Virus record (IMG/VR): IMGVR_UViG_3300037400_004242
DNA from: a virus
Lineage: Duplodnaviria; Caudoviricetes
DNA: 64,000 nt
Strand: one strand, 5' to 3'
A model generated the notes under the pieces. It made no database searches, had not been told where the DNA came from, and saw only the letters and a list, made by a program, of their open reading frames with translations. The position numbers and the translations under genes were made by a program. Shown piece after piece: positions 19,608 to 29,339 of the stretch. Every line of letters starts with the position of its first letter. Position 1 is the stretch's first letter.

Positions 19608-20123
19608 ATGTGTGGTGAGAGAAAAATGTTAAAACAGATTCCAAATACAAAACATATATATTATGCAGATAAAAATGGAAATATTTACAATAATAAAAAA
19701 GAAAAGAAAAAATGTCATTTAGATAAAGATGGATATTTAATTACTTCTATTGATGGAAAAAGTAAAAAAGTACATCGTTTAATTTTGGGAACTTTTGTTA
19801 TAAATAAAAATAATTATCCAATGGTAAATCATATTAATGGAGTTAAAAATGATAATCGACTTTGTAATTTAGAATGGGTATCATCTTCTCAAAATGTATA
19901 TAAGGCACATCATGAAACAAAAACTAGAATTGCAGGTATTAATACAGGAATGAAAGCTGTTCCTGTGATTTGTATTGAAATTTTAACAAATGCCATGTAT
20001 AATTATAATAGTATTTCAGAAGCAAGTAGAGCCTTGAAAATACCTGAATATATGATAAGTCGTTGTGTAAATGGAAAACGTAAATCAGCGAAAGGTTTTA
20101 TGTTTAAAAAAAAGGAGAATTAA
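19608..20123 (+). CDS. HNH homing endonuclease with C-terminal NUMOD1-like HTH
   Basis: VHRLI...VNHINGVKNDNRLCNLEWV; YNSISEASRAL. Confidence 0.85.
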   Translation: MCGERKMLKQIPNTKHIYYADKNGNIYNNKKEKKKCHLDKDGYLITSIDGKSKKVHRLILGTFVINKNNYPMVNHINGVKNDNRLCNLEWVSSSQNVYKAHHETKTRIAGINTGMKAVPVICIEILTNAMYNYNSISEASRALKIPEYMISRCVNGKRKSAKGFMFKKKEN

Positions 20124-20125
20124 TT

Positions 20126-20701
20126 ATGGAAAAGAAAAATGAAACTGAAGAGCAAGAATTTGTTTCACCTGTCTATCATGTTCGCTGTGTACCTGTTGAA
20201 AAATTAGTTGCAAATGAATATAATCCTAACCACGTAGCTCCCGAAGAATTTAAGCTTCTGTACGATTCAATTAAATGTGATGGTTATACTATGCCAATTG
20301 TTACATATTATCGTAAAGAAGACGATATGTACGAAATTGTTGATGGTTTTCATAGATATTCTATTATGAAAAGATATGATGATATTCGAGAACGTGAACA
20401 TGGATGTTTGCCTGTTGTTGTAATTGATAAGCCTTTGGAAGAACGCATGGCATCAACTGTAAGGCATAATCGAGCTAGGGGCACGCATGATGTAGACCTT
20501 ATGAGTAATATTGTTGGAGAACTTCATAAACTTGGTCGTGAAGATGCTTGGATTGAAAAGCATTTAGGCATGTCAGAAGATGAAGTACTTCGTTTAAAAC
20601 AGATTACAGGACTTGCAGAATTGTTTAGAGATAAAGAATTTTCTCAGGCGTGGACAACAGAAGATAATATCTCTGTAAATGGGGAGGAAGTTGAAGAATG
20701 A
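20126..20701 (+). CDS. ParB/Srx-like protein (IbrB/YbdM-like)
   Basis: ANEYNPNHVAPEEFKLLYDSIKCDGYTMPIV, IVDGFHRY, RMASTVRHNRARGTH. Confidence 0.85.
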   Translation: MEKKNETEEQEFVSPVYHVRCVPVEKLVANEYNPNHVAPEEFKLLYDSIKCDGYTMPIVTYYRKEDDMYEIVDGFHRYSIMKRYDDIREREHGCLPVVVIDKPLEERMASTVRHNRARGTHDVDLMSNIVGELHKLGREDAWIEKHLGMSEDEVLRLKQITGLAELFRDKEFSQAWTTEDNISVNGEEVEE

Positions 20702-21873
20702 AAATCTTTACAGATGATATGAAAATAGATGATGAAGAATGGAAAGATATTGATGAAACATATAAAATTAGTAATTTTGGAAGAGTAATATTTTTTAGAA
20801 ATAAAAAATGGTATTTATCGAATGTAAAGAATGATAGAGTATCTATTCATGCAAAAAAAATGCAGGTGAGCACTTTAGTATTAAAAACATTTAAAAATAT
20901 TGAATTAACAAGTAAAGAATATATTAAACACTTAGATGGGAATGAAGAAAATAATTGTATAGAAAATTTAATTGTTGATACAAAATCAAATAGGTATAAA
21001 CAGCTTGCAAAAGAAGGTAAGTTTGATAATTTTATTCATTCTACAACAAAGAACAATGTATTGATAGAACCATATGAATATACAGATGAAAACAATGTTA
21101 AATGGAAGTCGATTCATGGATATGAAGGATTGTATGAAATAGGAACAAATGGACATATTAAATATTTAACAAAAGATGGTTCAAAACATAATATGTCTAT
21201 CAATAACAATGGTAAAAAAGGATATTTAATTGTTCAATTAAGAAAAAATGGGCAACGTTCAAGTGAACTTGTACATCGCTTAGTTATGGAAAATTTTCAT
21301 CCACTTGAAAATATGAATGATTTGCAAGTAAATCATATTGATGGAAATAATAAAAATAATGATATTTCTAATTTAGAGTGGGTAACTGCAAAAGAAAATA
21401 TGAAACATGCAAATGATAACGGATTAGTTAATAACCAATCTGTATTTTTTAAATATAAGGGGAAAGAATATTTTCATATTCATGAGATAATGAAAGAATA
21501 TGATTTATCCGTTCAGGAAGCACAAAATGTTGTAGAACGAGTTCCAATTCGTGAAGCTGTATATGTAAAACGATGGAAAATTGAGAATGATTTACCAAAT
21601 GAAAAATGGGAAATTGTAGAAGGGTATAATTGCGAAATATCTAATTATGGAAGATGTTTGACTTATGTTGATAACCATCGCTTTAAATGTACATTAAAAC
21701 AGATTAGAAAAGATAAATATTATAATTTAACAGATATGTATGGACATCGTAAAGATTATATGATTGCAAAATTAGTACTTCATGCGTTTACAGATTATCA
21801 AGATGAAAAGATTCAATATAAAGATGGTAACGAATTAAATTTTAAATTAGAGAATTTAATATGGAAAAAATAA
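20698..21873 (+). CDS. NUMOD4/HNH homing endonuclease with three tandem NUMOD4-HNH units
   Basis: Three WK.I..Y.ISN.GR-type repeats; central VHRLV...VNHIDGNNKNNDISNLEW intact, flanking copies degenerate. Confidence 0.8.
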   Translation: MKIFTDDMKIDDEEWKDIDETYKISNFGRVIFFRNKKWYLSNVKNDRVSIHAKKMQVSTLVLKTFKNIELTSKEYIKHLDGNEENNCIENLIVDTKSNRYKQLAKEGKFDNFIHSTTKNNVLIEPYEYTDENNVKWKSIHGYEGLYEIGTNGHIKYLTKDGSKHNMSINNNGKKGYLIVQLRKNGQRSSELVHRLVMENFHPLENMNDLQVNHIDGNNKNNDISNLEWVTAKENMKHANDNGLVNNQSVFFKYKGKEYFHIHEIMKEYDLSVQEAQNVVERVPIREAVYVKRWKIENDLPNEKWEIVEGYNCEISNYGRCLTYVDNHRFKCTLKQIRKDKYYNLTDMYGHRKDYMIAKLVLHAFTDYQDEKIQYKDGNELNFKLENLIWKK

Positions 21874-22628
21874 TATGCGAAGAATTTGATTTGAATTTTA
21901 TAGAAGCAAAAAATAAATATAATTGTTGTTTTACGGAAAAAGATTTTCAAACGGGGAAATATGATTTTTACTATATTTTGCAAAAAGATGACAAGAATCA
22001 TAAGATGTACAACGAATTATTAGTAAAATATAATTCTGTACAAGTTTTAACAAAAGGTTTTTTAGTATCGAATCAATATTCTTTAATCAATTTTAAAAAA
22101 ATAAAAATATATCCTACAAGTCAAGGGATGAATAATCGAAAAAAAGTATTAACAAATACATATGCTATTCGATTTATGAAAAAATATCAAAGAGATTTCA
22201 TATTTCAAAATATGGAATATTTAAAATCTCACAAATTAGAAAAATATCTCCCAAAAATCTTGTATTTTGGGAGATACATTTTAATTGAGGAAAGAATTAA
22301 AACAAATTGGATAAATAAAATAAATTTGTTAAAGTTCTTATTTGTAATGTATTTAATCATATTTAAGCAAATAAGATTGATGGATTTAACACAAACGAAT
22401 ATCTTGTTTTATCATGGTTTTAAAATTATAGATATAGATTTTAATGTAAAAATTCCATCAAAATATTTAATTATTTATTATATTAACGAGTATTTTTTTA
22501 AGTGCTGTGGATTCTTATATGATAATATTGGATGTAGAATAGACAATTGGTTAATCAAAATTGTAAATGATAAAATTTTAAAAAATAACAAAACGTATAA
22601 GTTGTGGGGTAAATATTTTGATAGTTGA
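21861..22628 (+). CDS. Divergent kinase-like protein (copy 1)
   Basis: LPKILY..ILIEERI followed by MDLTQTNIL..FKIIDID, resembling the D-x4-N catalytic loop and metal-binding Asp of the protein kinase-like fold. Confidence 0.5.
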   Translation: MEKIICEEFDLNFIEAKNKYNCCFTEKDFQTGKYDFYYILQKDDKNHKMYNELLVKYNSVQVLTKGFLVSNQYSLINFKKIKIYPTSQGMNNRKKVLTNTYAIRFMKKYQRDFIFQNMEYLKSHKLEKYLPKILYFGRYILIEERIKTNWINKINLLKFLFVMYLIIFKQIRLMDLTQTNILFYHGFKIIDIDFNVKIPSKYLIIYYINEYFFKCCGFLYDNIGCRIDNWLIKIVNDKILKNNKTYKLWGKYFDS

Positions 22629-23355
22629 ATATTTTAAAATAGATTTCTTAGAAGCAAGAAATAAATATAATTGTTGCTTTACAGAAAAAGATTTCAAAAC
22701 AGGAAAATATGATTTTTGGTATTCTTTGATAGATTCAAAAAGGAATCTAAATAGATATGAAGAATTATTAAAAAAGTATAATTGTATTCAAATTTTATTG
22801 AATGGTTTTTTAATTTCAAACAAATACATGATGATAGACTATAAAAAAGTACCTATTACTCCTGTAAATCGTACTTATGGAAGGAGTAAGGTGCTAACTG
22901 ATATATATGCTATTCGATTTATGAAAAGATTTCAAAAAAAGTTTATACATAATAATTTAAAATATTATAATGATAAACATATAGATAAATATTTGCCAAC
23001 AATTCGATATATTAGTAACAATATTTTAATAGAAGATAGAATTTTTCATGATAAACAATTTCAATATCATTATAGAAAACTGTTTTTTGTTTTTTATCTC
23101 ATATTCGTAAAACATATTAATTTGATGGATTTGGTTGAATCTAATATCTTATATACAAAAGATGGAAAATTTAAAATTATAGATATAGATTGTTCTGTTA
23201 AAATACCAAAAAAATTACTAGTTCCATATTATTTAAATGAATATATTTTTCGTAACATTAGTTTTAAATATAGTAAAAAATTTAATGATTTTTTAATTAA
23301 ACAAATTAATAAAATATTTACTGTAGAAGATAAGAGCTTATGGTGGGATTTTTGA
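22618..23355 (+). CDS. Divergent kinase-like protein (copy 2)
   Basis: Paralog of the previous ORF (NKYNCCFTEKDF..GKYDF); MDLVESNIL..FKIIDID. Confidence 0.5.
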   Translation: MIVEYFKIDFLEARNKYNCCFTEKDFKTGKYDFWYSLIDSKRNLNRYEELLKKYNCIQILLNGFLISNKYMMIDYKKVPITPVNRTYGRSKVLTDIYAIRFMKRFQKKFIHNNLKYYNDKHIDKYLPTIRYISNNILIEDRIFHDKQFQYHYRKLFFVFYLIFVKHINLMDLVESNILYTKDGKFKIIDIDCSVKIPKKLLVPYYLNEYIFRNISFKYSKKFNDFLIKQINKIFTVEDKSLWWDF

Positions 23356-24059
23356 TGAATAAAATAATAATAGAGAATTTTAAAATTCCATTTAAAAAAA
23401 TAGTTGAAAGTGGTTATACAATTTGTTTCACGGAAGAACAATTTCAAAAAACGGATATGATTTTTTATATTTGAAAAAATATAAAATTACACATTTATAT
23501 AATGATTTAAAAAAATATAATGTGATTCAAAAAGTAAATGATGGTGTTCTAATTTCAAATAAATATATCATTATAAATAATAAAATATATAAAATTACTT
23601 TATTAAATCAAATAAATCATTCAAAAATACAAGCAAATGATTATATGATTCGATTTTTTACAAAAGGAATAAAATCGAAAATATTATACAATATTAATTT
23701 AATTAAAAATAAATTGGGCATTAAATATCTTCCAAAAAATTTTTTATTTCGGAGATTCCATTTTAGTAGAAGAAAAAATAGTTCCTCATAAAATATTTAA
23801 TCATTTTTATATTATGAAATTTATTTTTATGATGTATTTAACATTATTTAAAAATATAAAAATATTTGATTTAGATGAATATAATATTATTATTGATAAA
23901 AATCTATGTTTTAAAATAATAGATTTAGATAAAACATGTGATTTCTCAAAAATAAAAATTATTATATATTACATATATGATTATTTTATATATAAATATT
24001 TTACGTGGAATATGCAACAAAAAATAGATAATTATTTCTTTCCAGAAGAAAGGGGATAA
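23355..24059 (+). pseudogene. Kinase-like copy 3, broken by two homopolymer frameshifts
   Basis: ATG at 23355 (MNKIIIENF..CFTEEQF) continues into ORF 23423-23791 and then 23814-24059 (FDLDEYNII..FKIIDLD) through indels in A6 runs near 23446 and 23734. Confidence 0.55.
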
Positions 24060-24065
24060 AGTTAC

Positions 24066-25385
24066 ATGGAACCAAAAATTTGCATTGTTGGTTTAGGATA
24101 TGTAGGAATACAATTAGCATGTGAATTTGTTCAGCATGGAATTGTATATGGATATGATATAAATGAACAAAAAATATATGAATATAAACATCATATAGAT
24201 AAAACAAATTCTGTAGATATTGATTACTTAGATGACATTCATTATATTACAGATATTTATGAGTTGTTTAAATTTGATGAAAATATGCGTCCAAATACAT
24301 ATATTGTATGTGTACCAACACCTGTAGATGACAAACATCAACCAGACTTAACTCCTTTAAAAAGCGCGATAGAAGATATTTCAAAAGTTATGGTACAAGA
24401 TTCTACTGTTATTTTTGAATCAACAGTTGCACCAAAAACAACAAGAGAAATATGTATTCCTTTATTAGAGAAATTGACAAAATTAAAATGTGATAAAGAT
24501 TTTTATGTAGGTTTTTCCCCAGAACGTTTACAACCAGGTAGAAATGGAAAACAAATTAAAGAAATTATAAAATTGATTTCTGGTAGTAGTGATGAAGCAT
24601 TAAATAGAGTATATGATATTTATCATTTAATTTTATCTGATGAAAAAATTCATAAATGTTCTTCATTGGAAGTTGCGGAAACATCAAAAATTATGGAGAA
24701 TGTGAAACGTGATGTAAATATTGCATTAATGAACGAATTTCAAATGATTTGTTCTATGAGTAATATTGATTTTGATGATGTATTAGCTTCTGCTAGAACA
24801 AAATTTAATTTTGATAAAGCATCTTACAACCCAGGTATGGTAGGAGGACATTGTATTGGTGTTGACCCGTATTATTTCATTGAATTTGAAAAAAATTATG
24901 TAAAAGATTTATGCGGCGTTGTAAAATCTGCTAGGACATTAAATGAAAATATTCCATTCTTTTTAGCAAATATGATTTTAGATGGTATTCCAAAAGAAGA
25001 AAAAGAAAAAAACGTTTTGATTTTAGGATACACATTTAAAGAAAATTGCAATGATATAAGAAATACGAAAGTAAAAGATTTACGTAATATATTAGCAAAT
25101 GCTGAAGTAAATGTATTTGTTTGCGATAATAAATTACCGTATAATTATATAGATGGATTTGATATGTATAGTAACATATCAAATTTTAAAGATAAAACAT
25201 TTGATTGCATTTTTATTGCTTTGAATGAGCCATCATTAATTGATGGTGATATATTTTCAAAATTAAAAGATACAGGTTTTGTCTTTGATTATAAGGGCGT
25301 ATTTAAGAATTATGTAGATGATATATATAAATGTGGATTTTTGGATAAAAATAATATCCCATTCGATAAAATTGTAACACTATAA
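24066..25385 (+). CDS. Nucleotide-sugar 6-dehydrogenase (UDP-GlcNAc/UDP-glucose/GDP-mannose family, WbpA/TviB-like)
   Basis: IVGLGYVG, CVPTP, FESTV, FSPER, GGHCIGVDPY, LGYTFKENCNDIRN. Confidence 0.92.
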   Translation: MEPKICIVGLGYVGIQLACEFVQHGIVYGYDINEQKIYEYKHHIDKTNSVDIDYLDDIHYITDIYELFKFDENMRPNTYIVCVPTPVDDKHQPDLTPLKSAIEDISKVMVQDSTVIFESTVAPKTTREICIPLLEKLTKLKCDKDFYVGFSPERLQPGRNGKQIKEIIKLISGSSDEALNRVYDIYHLILSDEKIHKCSSLEVAETSKIMENVKRDVNIALMNEFQMICSMSNIDFDDVLASARTKFNFDKASYNPGMVGGHCIGVDPYYFIEFEKNYVKDLCGVVKSARTLNENIPFFLANMILDGIPKEEKEKNVLILGYTFKENCNDIRNTKVKDLRNILANAEVNVFVCDNKLPYNYIDGFDMYSNISNFKDKTFDCIFIALNEPSLIDGDIFSKLKDTGFVFDYKGVFKNYVDDIYKCGFLDKNNIPFDKIVTL

Positions 25386-25453
25386 AATTATTATAGGCAT
25401 ATATTTTTAATCTATTTTATTTAGAGAAGATTCTAATAAGGTGGTGAAAATAT

Positions 25454-25993
25454 ATGCCAATTATTTTACAATCATCTGATGATAATTCAATTTCTCCATT
25501 AACAGACAGAGAAAGAGATTTAGTACATAAATTACGTGCGATGTTGAAAGATATACCAGATGAGCAATTTCGTAGTTTAAATACATTGGTGGAAAAACAA
25601 AGAGGACAAAGATGGTCAGATGAACTTTTGTTGACATATTTACAAATAGCGATGTCTGATATTAATTCAGAACCTCCACTTACACTTTTTACATTATATG
25701 ATGTCCCTATTAGTTGGGATGGATGCATACTTATAGGTGCATTTATCCTGGCTCTCCTTGGGGAAGCAATTGTACAGAATGGTGAAGCATTTAGTTATTC
25801 AGATAATGGTATTTCTTTAAATATTAATCAGGCGGCAGGGTATCAATCTGTTGCACAAGCGATGCAAGGTGCATATCAACAGCAGAAACAGAATTTGAAA
25901 AAGTCTTTAAGACCTTCTGCAAGAGCGATTAAGAGCAACCCAGCTCCCGTCAGGATTCGCTCATATGCTCAAAGGATGTGGACGTATCGTTGA
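25454..25993 (+). CDS. Putative neck / head-tail adaptor protein
   Basis: LRAMLKD...RWSDELLLTYL..AMSDINSEPP.T.FTL and FSYSDNGISL; helical adaptor-like protein near the head genes. Confidence 0.6.
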   Translation: MPIILQSSDDNSISPLTDRERDLVHKLRAMLKDIPDEQFRSLNTLVEKQRGQRWSDELLLTYLQIAMSDINSEPPLTLFTLYDVPISWDGCILIGAFILALLGEAIVQNGEAFSYSDNGISLNINQAAGYQSVAQAMQGAYQQQKQNLKKSLRPSARAIKSNPAPVRIRSYAQRMWTYR

Positions 25994-25999
25994 CAATAA

Positions 26000-27922
26000 T
26001 TGTTTAGAGATTTAGTACAAGCTAAATCTCTTTTTTATATAATAAAACAATATAAAGAATGGAGGTATATATTGTTGAAAGATTCATTTTACAAAATGGC
26101 AATCAAAAGGAATCAATCAAAAGAAGCAAATGAATTACGAAAATATGCAAAACGAGAAATTCCGAAAATATTGATTGAAAAAGATGGAGTATATGCAAGG
26201 GATGAATCTTATTTTAATAATCCATTATATCATCAAACAAAATGCATTGAATGTCATAAAACGTTTTTATATAAGTATAAAAATGGAAAAGAACCTCCAA
26301 AATTTTGTTCAACAAATTGTAGACATAAACATAATCGAAAAAAAGTAATAAAAAAATGTATAGTTTGCGGAAATGAATATATAACAGATAGTTGTGACGA
26401 AAAATATGCTCAATTTTGTTCTGAAAAATGTTATCAAGAAGGATTAAAGAAAGCAAAAATTAATAGAACACCAATTTTAACATGCGTTAATTGTGGTAAA
26501 GAATATCCTTTATATACGAATACGAGTGGATTTTATGATTCATATCAATGTGAATGTGAAATGGAAATAAAACGCAATCAAAAAATCCATACTTGTTATT
26601 ATTGTGGGAAAGAATATTATACTAGTTCTAAGAAATCTAAATTTTGTTCTTTTCGTTGTTCATCGAAGCAAATGCGAAAAGATGTTATGTGGAAAAATTT
26701 AAATGAACATAAAAAAGAATATGAAAAATTTGCGAAAAGAAAATTACCATTAAATAACGAAGATGATTTTGAATGGATAGAAAAAAATGGTATATATGGA
26801 AAATCAGAAGAAGACTTTGATTATTTAAGTTACAATCCAAATGCTTTAAAAACTTGTAAACAATGTGGAAGAAAATATATATCGTCGAATAATGAAGATG
26901 GATATTGCAGTAGAAAATGTTTTTATGAATCAAAAAAATCTTATACTATTAAAAAATGTTTAAATTGCGATAAAGAATATTCTATAAACATTACAGATGA
27001 ACCATATTCACAATTTTGTTCTGATGAATGCGAGCAAGATTATTATGAACATATAAAAGAAAAATGTAAAGTCTATGATAGATTGCATAAATGTACATGT
27101 ATAAATTGTGGAAAAGTGTTTTATGATATAACAAATACAAGTGTAGAGTTTTGTTCTTATCAATGTTCTATTGATTTTAATCATAAACAAAAATTAATAA
27201 CTAAAAAATGTAAACAATGTGGTAAAGAATTTCAAACATATAATAATAGCGATTTTTGTTCTACTAGTTGTTCTTCAAAATATCATATAAAACATGGAAA
27301 ACGACCGCCAAAACAACATCATGCTTGGAATAAAGGATTAACTTCCGAAAATTGCAAAATTATTAAACATAATACAAAAAAGCAATCTATTTCTATGAAA
27401 AAAGGGATTGCTTCAGGAAAAATTAAAATGTATTTTAAAGGGAAACATTTGACAGAAGAACATAAAAAACATTGTTCAATTGGAGTCGCAAAAGCAATTC
27501 GAGAAGGTAGAAAACCCGCATTACCAAGATATATTAGTGGATTTTTTAAAGATATAGGACATTATGTTCGCAGTGGATGGGAATATAACTTTGCAAAAAT
27601 ATTAATTTATTTAAATCGTAATTATGAATATGAACCAAGAACGTTTTTAATAGATGGTGGAGAACAAACATATACTCCTGATTTTTATGATAAAGACAGA
27701 AATTTGTATTATGAGGTAAAAGGTTGGTTTCCAAAAGATGAACAAGAAAAATTTAAAAAATTTCGTGAACAATATCCAGATATAAAAATTCATCTATTAA
27801 AAGCTAACAAATTTAAAAAAATCTATTTTTCTTTTAAAGATAAAATCAAGATGTTGCCACTTTTTAATGTCAAAACAACAAAAATCGGAATCTTAAAAAG
27901 AAAAGATTTACAAAGAATTTAA
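26000..27922 (+). CDS. Multi-zinc-finger putative homing endonuclease (PD-(D/E)XK); true start probably about 26074-26096
   Basis: About 8 CxxC..FCSxxC repeats, AWNKGLT motif, RSGWE...YTPDF..YYEVKGW; a terminator-like hairpin overlaps the first annotated codons. Confidence 0.75.
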   Translation: MFRDLVQAKSLFYIIKQYKEWRYILLKDSFYKMAIKRNQSKEANELRKYAKREIPKILIEKDGVYARDESYFNNPLYHQTKCIECHKTFLYKYKNGKEPPKFCSTNCRHKHNRKKVIKKCIVCGNEYITDSCDEKYAQFCSEKCYQEGLKKAKINRTPILTCVNCGKEYPLYTNTSGFYDSYQCECEMEIKRNQKIHTCYYCGKEYYTSSKKSKFCSFRCSSKQMRKDVMWKNLNEHKKEYEKFAKRKLPLNNEDDFEWIEKNGIYGKSEEDFDYLSYNPNALKTCKQCGRKYISSNNEDGYCSRKCFYESKKSYTIKKCLNCDKEYSINITDEPYSQFCSDECEQDYYEHIKEKCKVYDRLHKCTCINCGKVFYDITNTSVEFCSYQCSIDFNHKQKLITKKCKQCGKEFQTYNNSDFCSTSCSSKYHIKHGKRPPKQHHAWNKGLTSENCKIIKHNTKKQSISMKKGIASGKIKMYFKGKHLTEEHKKHCSIGVAKAIREGRKPALPRYISGFFKDIGHYVRSGWEYNFAKILIYLNRNYEYEPRTFLIDGGEQTYTPDFYDKDRNLYYEVKGWFPKDEQEKFKKFREQYPDIKIHLLKANKFKKIYFSFKDKIKMLPLFNVKTTKIGILKRKDLQRI

Positions 27923-27948
27923 ATAAAAAGCAAAGGCATCTATTACCT

Positions 27949-29328
27949 TTGCTTTTGTTTTTAGAATGGAGCTTCTATATGATAGACATTTTAATATATT
28001 ATCCATATTTGGATGGGACAACAATTTCTTTAATAGATACCTATTATAATTTACGAAATCATCTATCATCTTGTAAGTTCATAAATCCCCTCCAAAACAA
28101 CTTTAAAGATAATCTACATAATAAATCTAATGAAAAAACTGATTACTTGATAAATCCCCATGATAACAATGTATCTAATCGAGATAACAATGTATGTTGT
28201 AACATTGTAGTAGATAGCAAAGACATCAAAACGAATGTAGAATATTTTCTTGCATTAAAAAGAAGTCTACCAAAGGATTTTCAATATACAGTTATTCCAC
28301 TAGAAAAACTATATGAGAAGAAATTTGATAAACTCATTATGTCATTTGGATTTTTTCGTTTTTTAGATACCTATCCACATAAAATAAAACAATTATATTT
28401 ATTAGATGCAGGAAGAATCATTCATGATTATTACGTAGAGCATGGAGAACACATAAAGTATGTGATACATGAATATTCAGAAGTTTACAATTTTCTATAT
28501 ATATTATCCTATGTACATTTTCATCAAACGAGCAATAAAAGATTATTACCGATTTCAAGAATAGAAAAAGAAAGAAATTTATATTTAAAAATTTTGCATC
28601 AAAAAATAAAGAAAGAAGACATTTTTGATATATTTTATCAATATAATTTTCATGAAATTTACGAAACCGTTTTTAAGGGGTCTAGTTTTCGTTCTAAGCA
28701 TGGTCTAGATGAAACAGGTATAGTTAGTCTTAAAGACATTGAAACGCTCTCAGAATCAATCCTAGGAGGGCAGGAAGGCATATCTGAATTAGAAAGTATG
28801 TATCAATATCTTTACAAGTTTATTTATATTCAACATAGAGGGGTAAAGAAAGAGAAATATTGTATATACGGAAATGAAGCGAACGAGAAACTAATACGTA
28901 AAGTAGAACGATATACAGAGTATAAAAGATACTATCATACATTTAGTAAAGAAAGATTTCAGAAACTAAAAGAACTAAATACAACATCAGAGGTAGTACA
29001 AGTAAAAGATAGGGAAAAGACGGGGAATATTAAATTTCAACATTTATTAGCAAAAGAATTAAAATATCATAGATGGAGGAAAGTAATAGAAGGAGTATAT
29101 GCAGAAAATATAGGAAAAATGATATTTGAATTTTCGGCATTAGGGAAAAGAGTATATTATAGCAGAGAAAATAAAACACAAGATGATGGGTTAACAGAAT
29201 ATTTAAAGTTATTTGGAATTGATGATAATATAGACCAAGAAATAAAAATAAGTGAAGAGGAATTATTTGACAAGTTAGGAATGAAAGATGATGATATATT
29301 ATTAATAGATTTATTAAAAGAAAGGTGA
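27949..29328 (+). CDS. Divergent GT-B-like glycosyltransferase with insertions (start probably 27979)
   Basis: Paralog of 56274-57206; ENIGKMIFE is an EX7E motif; DDGLTEY. Confidence 0.45.
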   Translation: MLLFLEWSFYMIDILIYYPYLDGTTISLIDTYYNLRNHLSSCKFINPLQNNFKDNLHNKSNEKTDYLINPHDNNVSNRDNNVCCNIVVDSKDIKTNVEYFLALKRSLPKDFQYTVIPLEKLYEKKFDKLIMSFGFFRFLDTYPHKIKQLYLLDAGRIIHDYYVEHGEHIKYVIHEYSEVYNFLYILSYVHFHQTSNKRLLPISRIEKERNLYLKILHQKIKKEDIFDIFYQYNFHEIYETVFKGSSFRSKHGLDETGIVSLKDIETLSESILGGQEGISELESMYQYLYKFIYIQHRGVKKEKYCIYGNEANEKLIRKVERYTEYKRYYHTFSKERFQKLKELNTTSEVVQVKDREKTGNIKFQHLLAKELKYHRWRKVIEGVYAENIGKMIFEFSALGKRVYYSRENKTQDDGLTEYLKLFGIDDNIDQEIKISEEELFDKLGMKDDDILLIDLLKER

Positions 29329-29339
29329 TTAACGAATGA

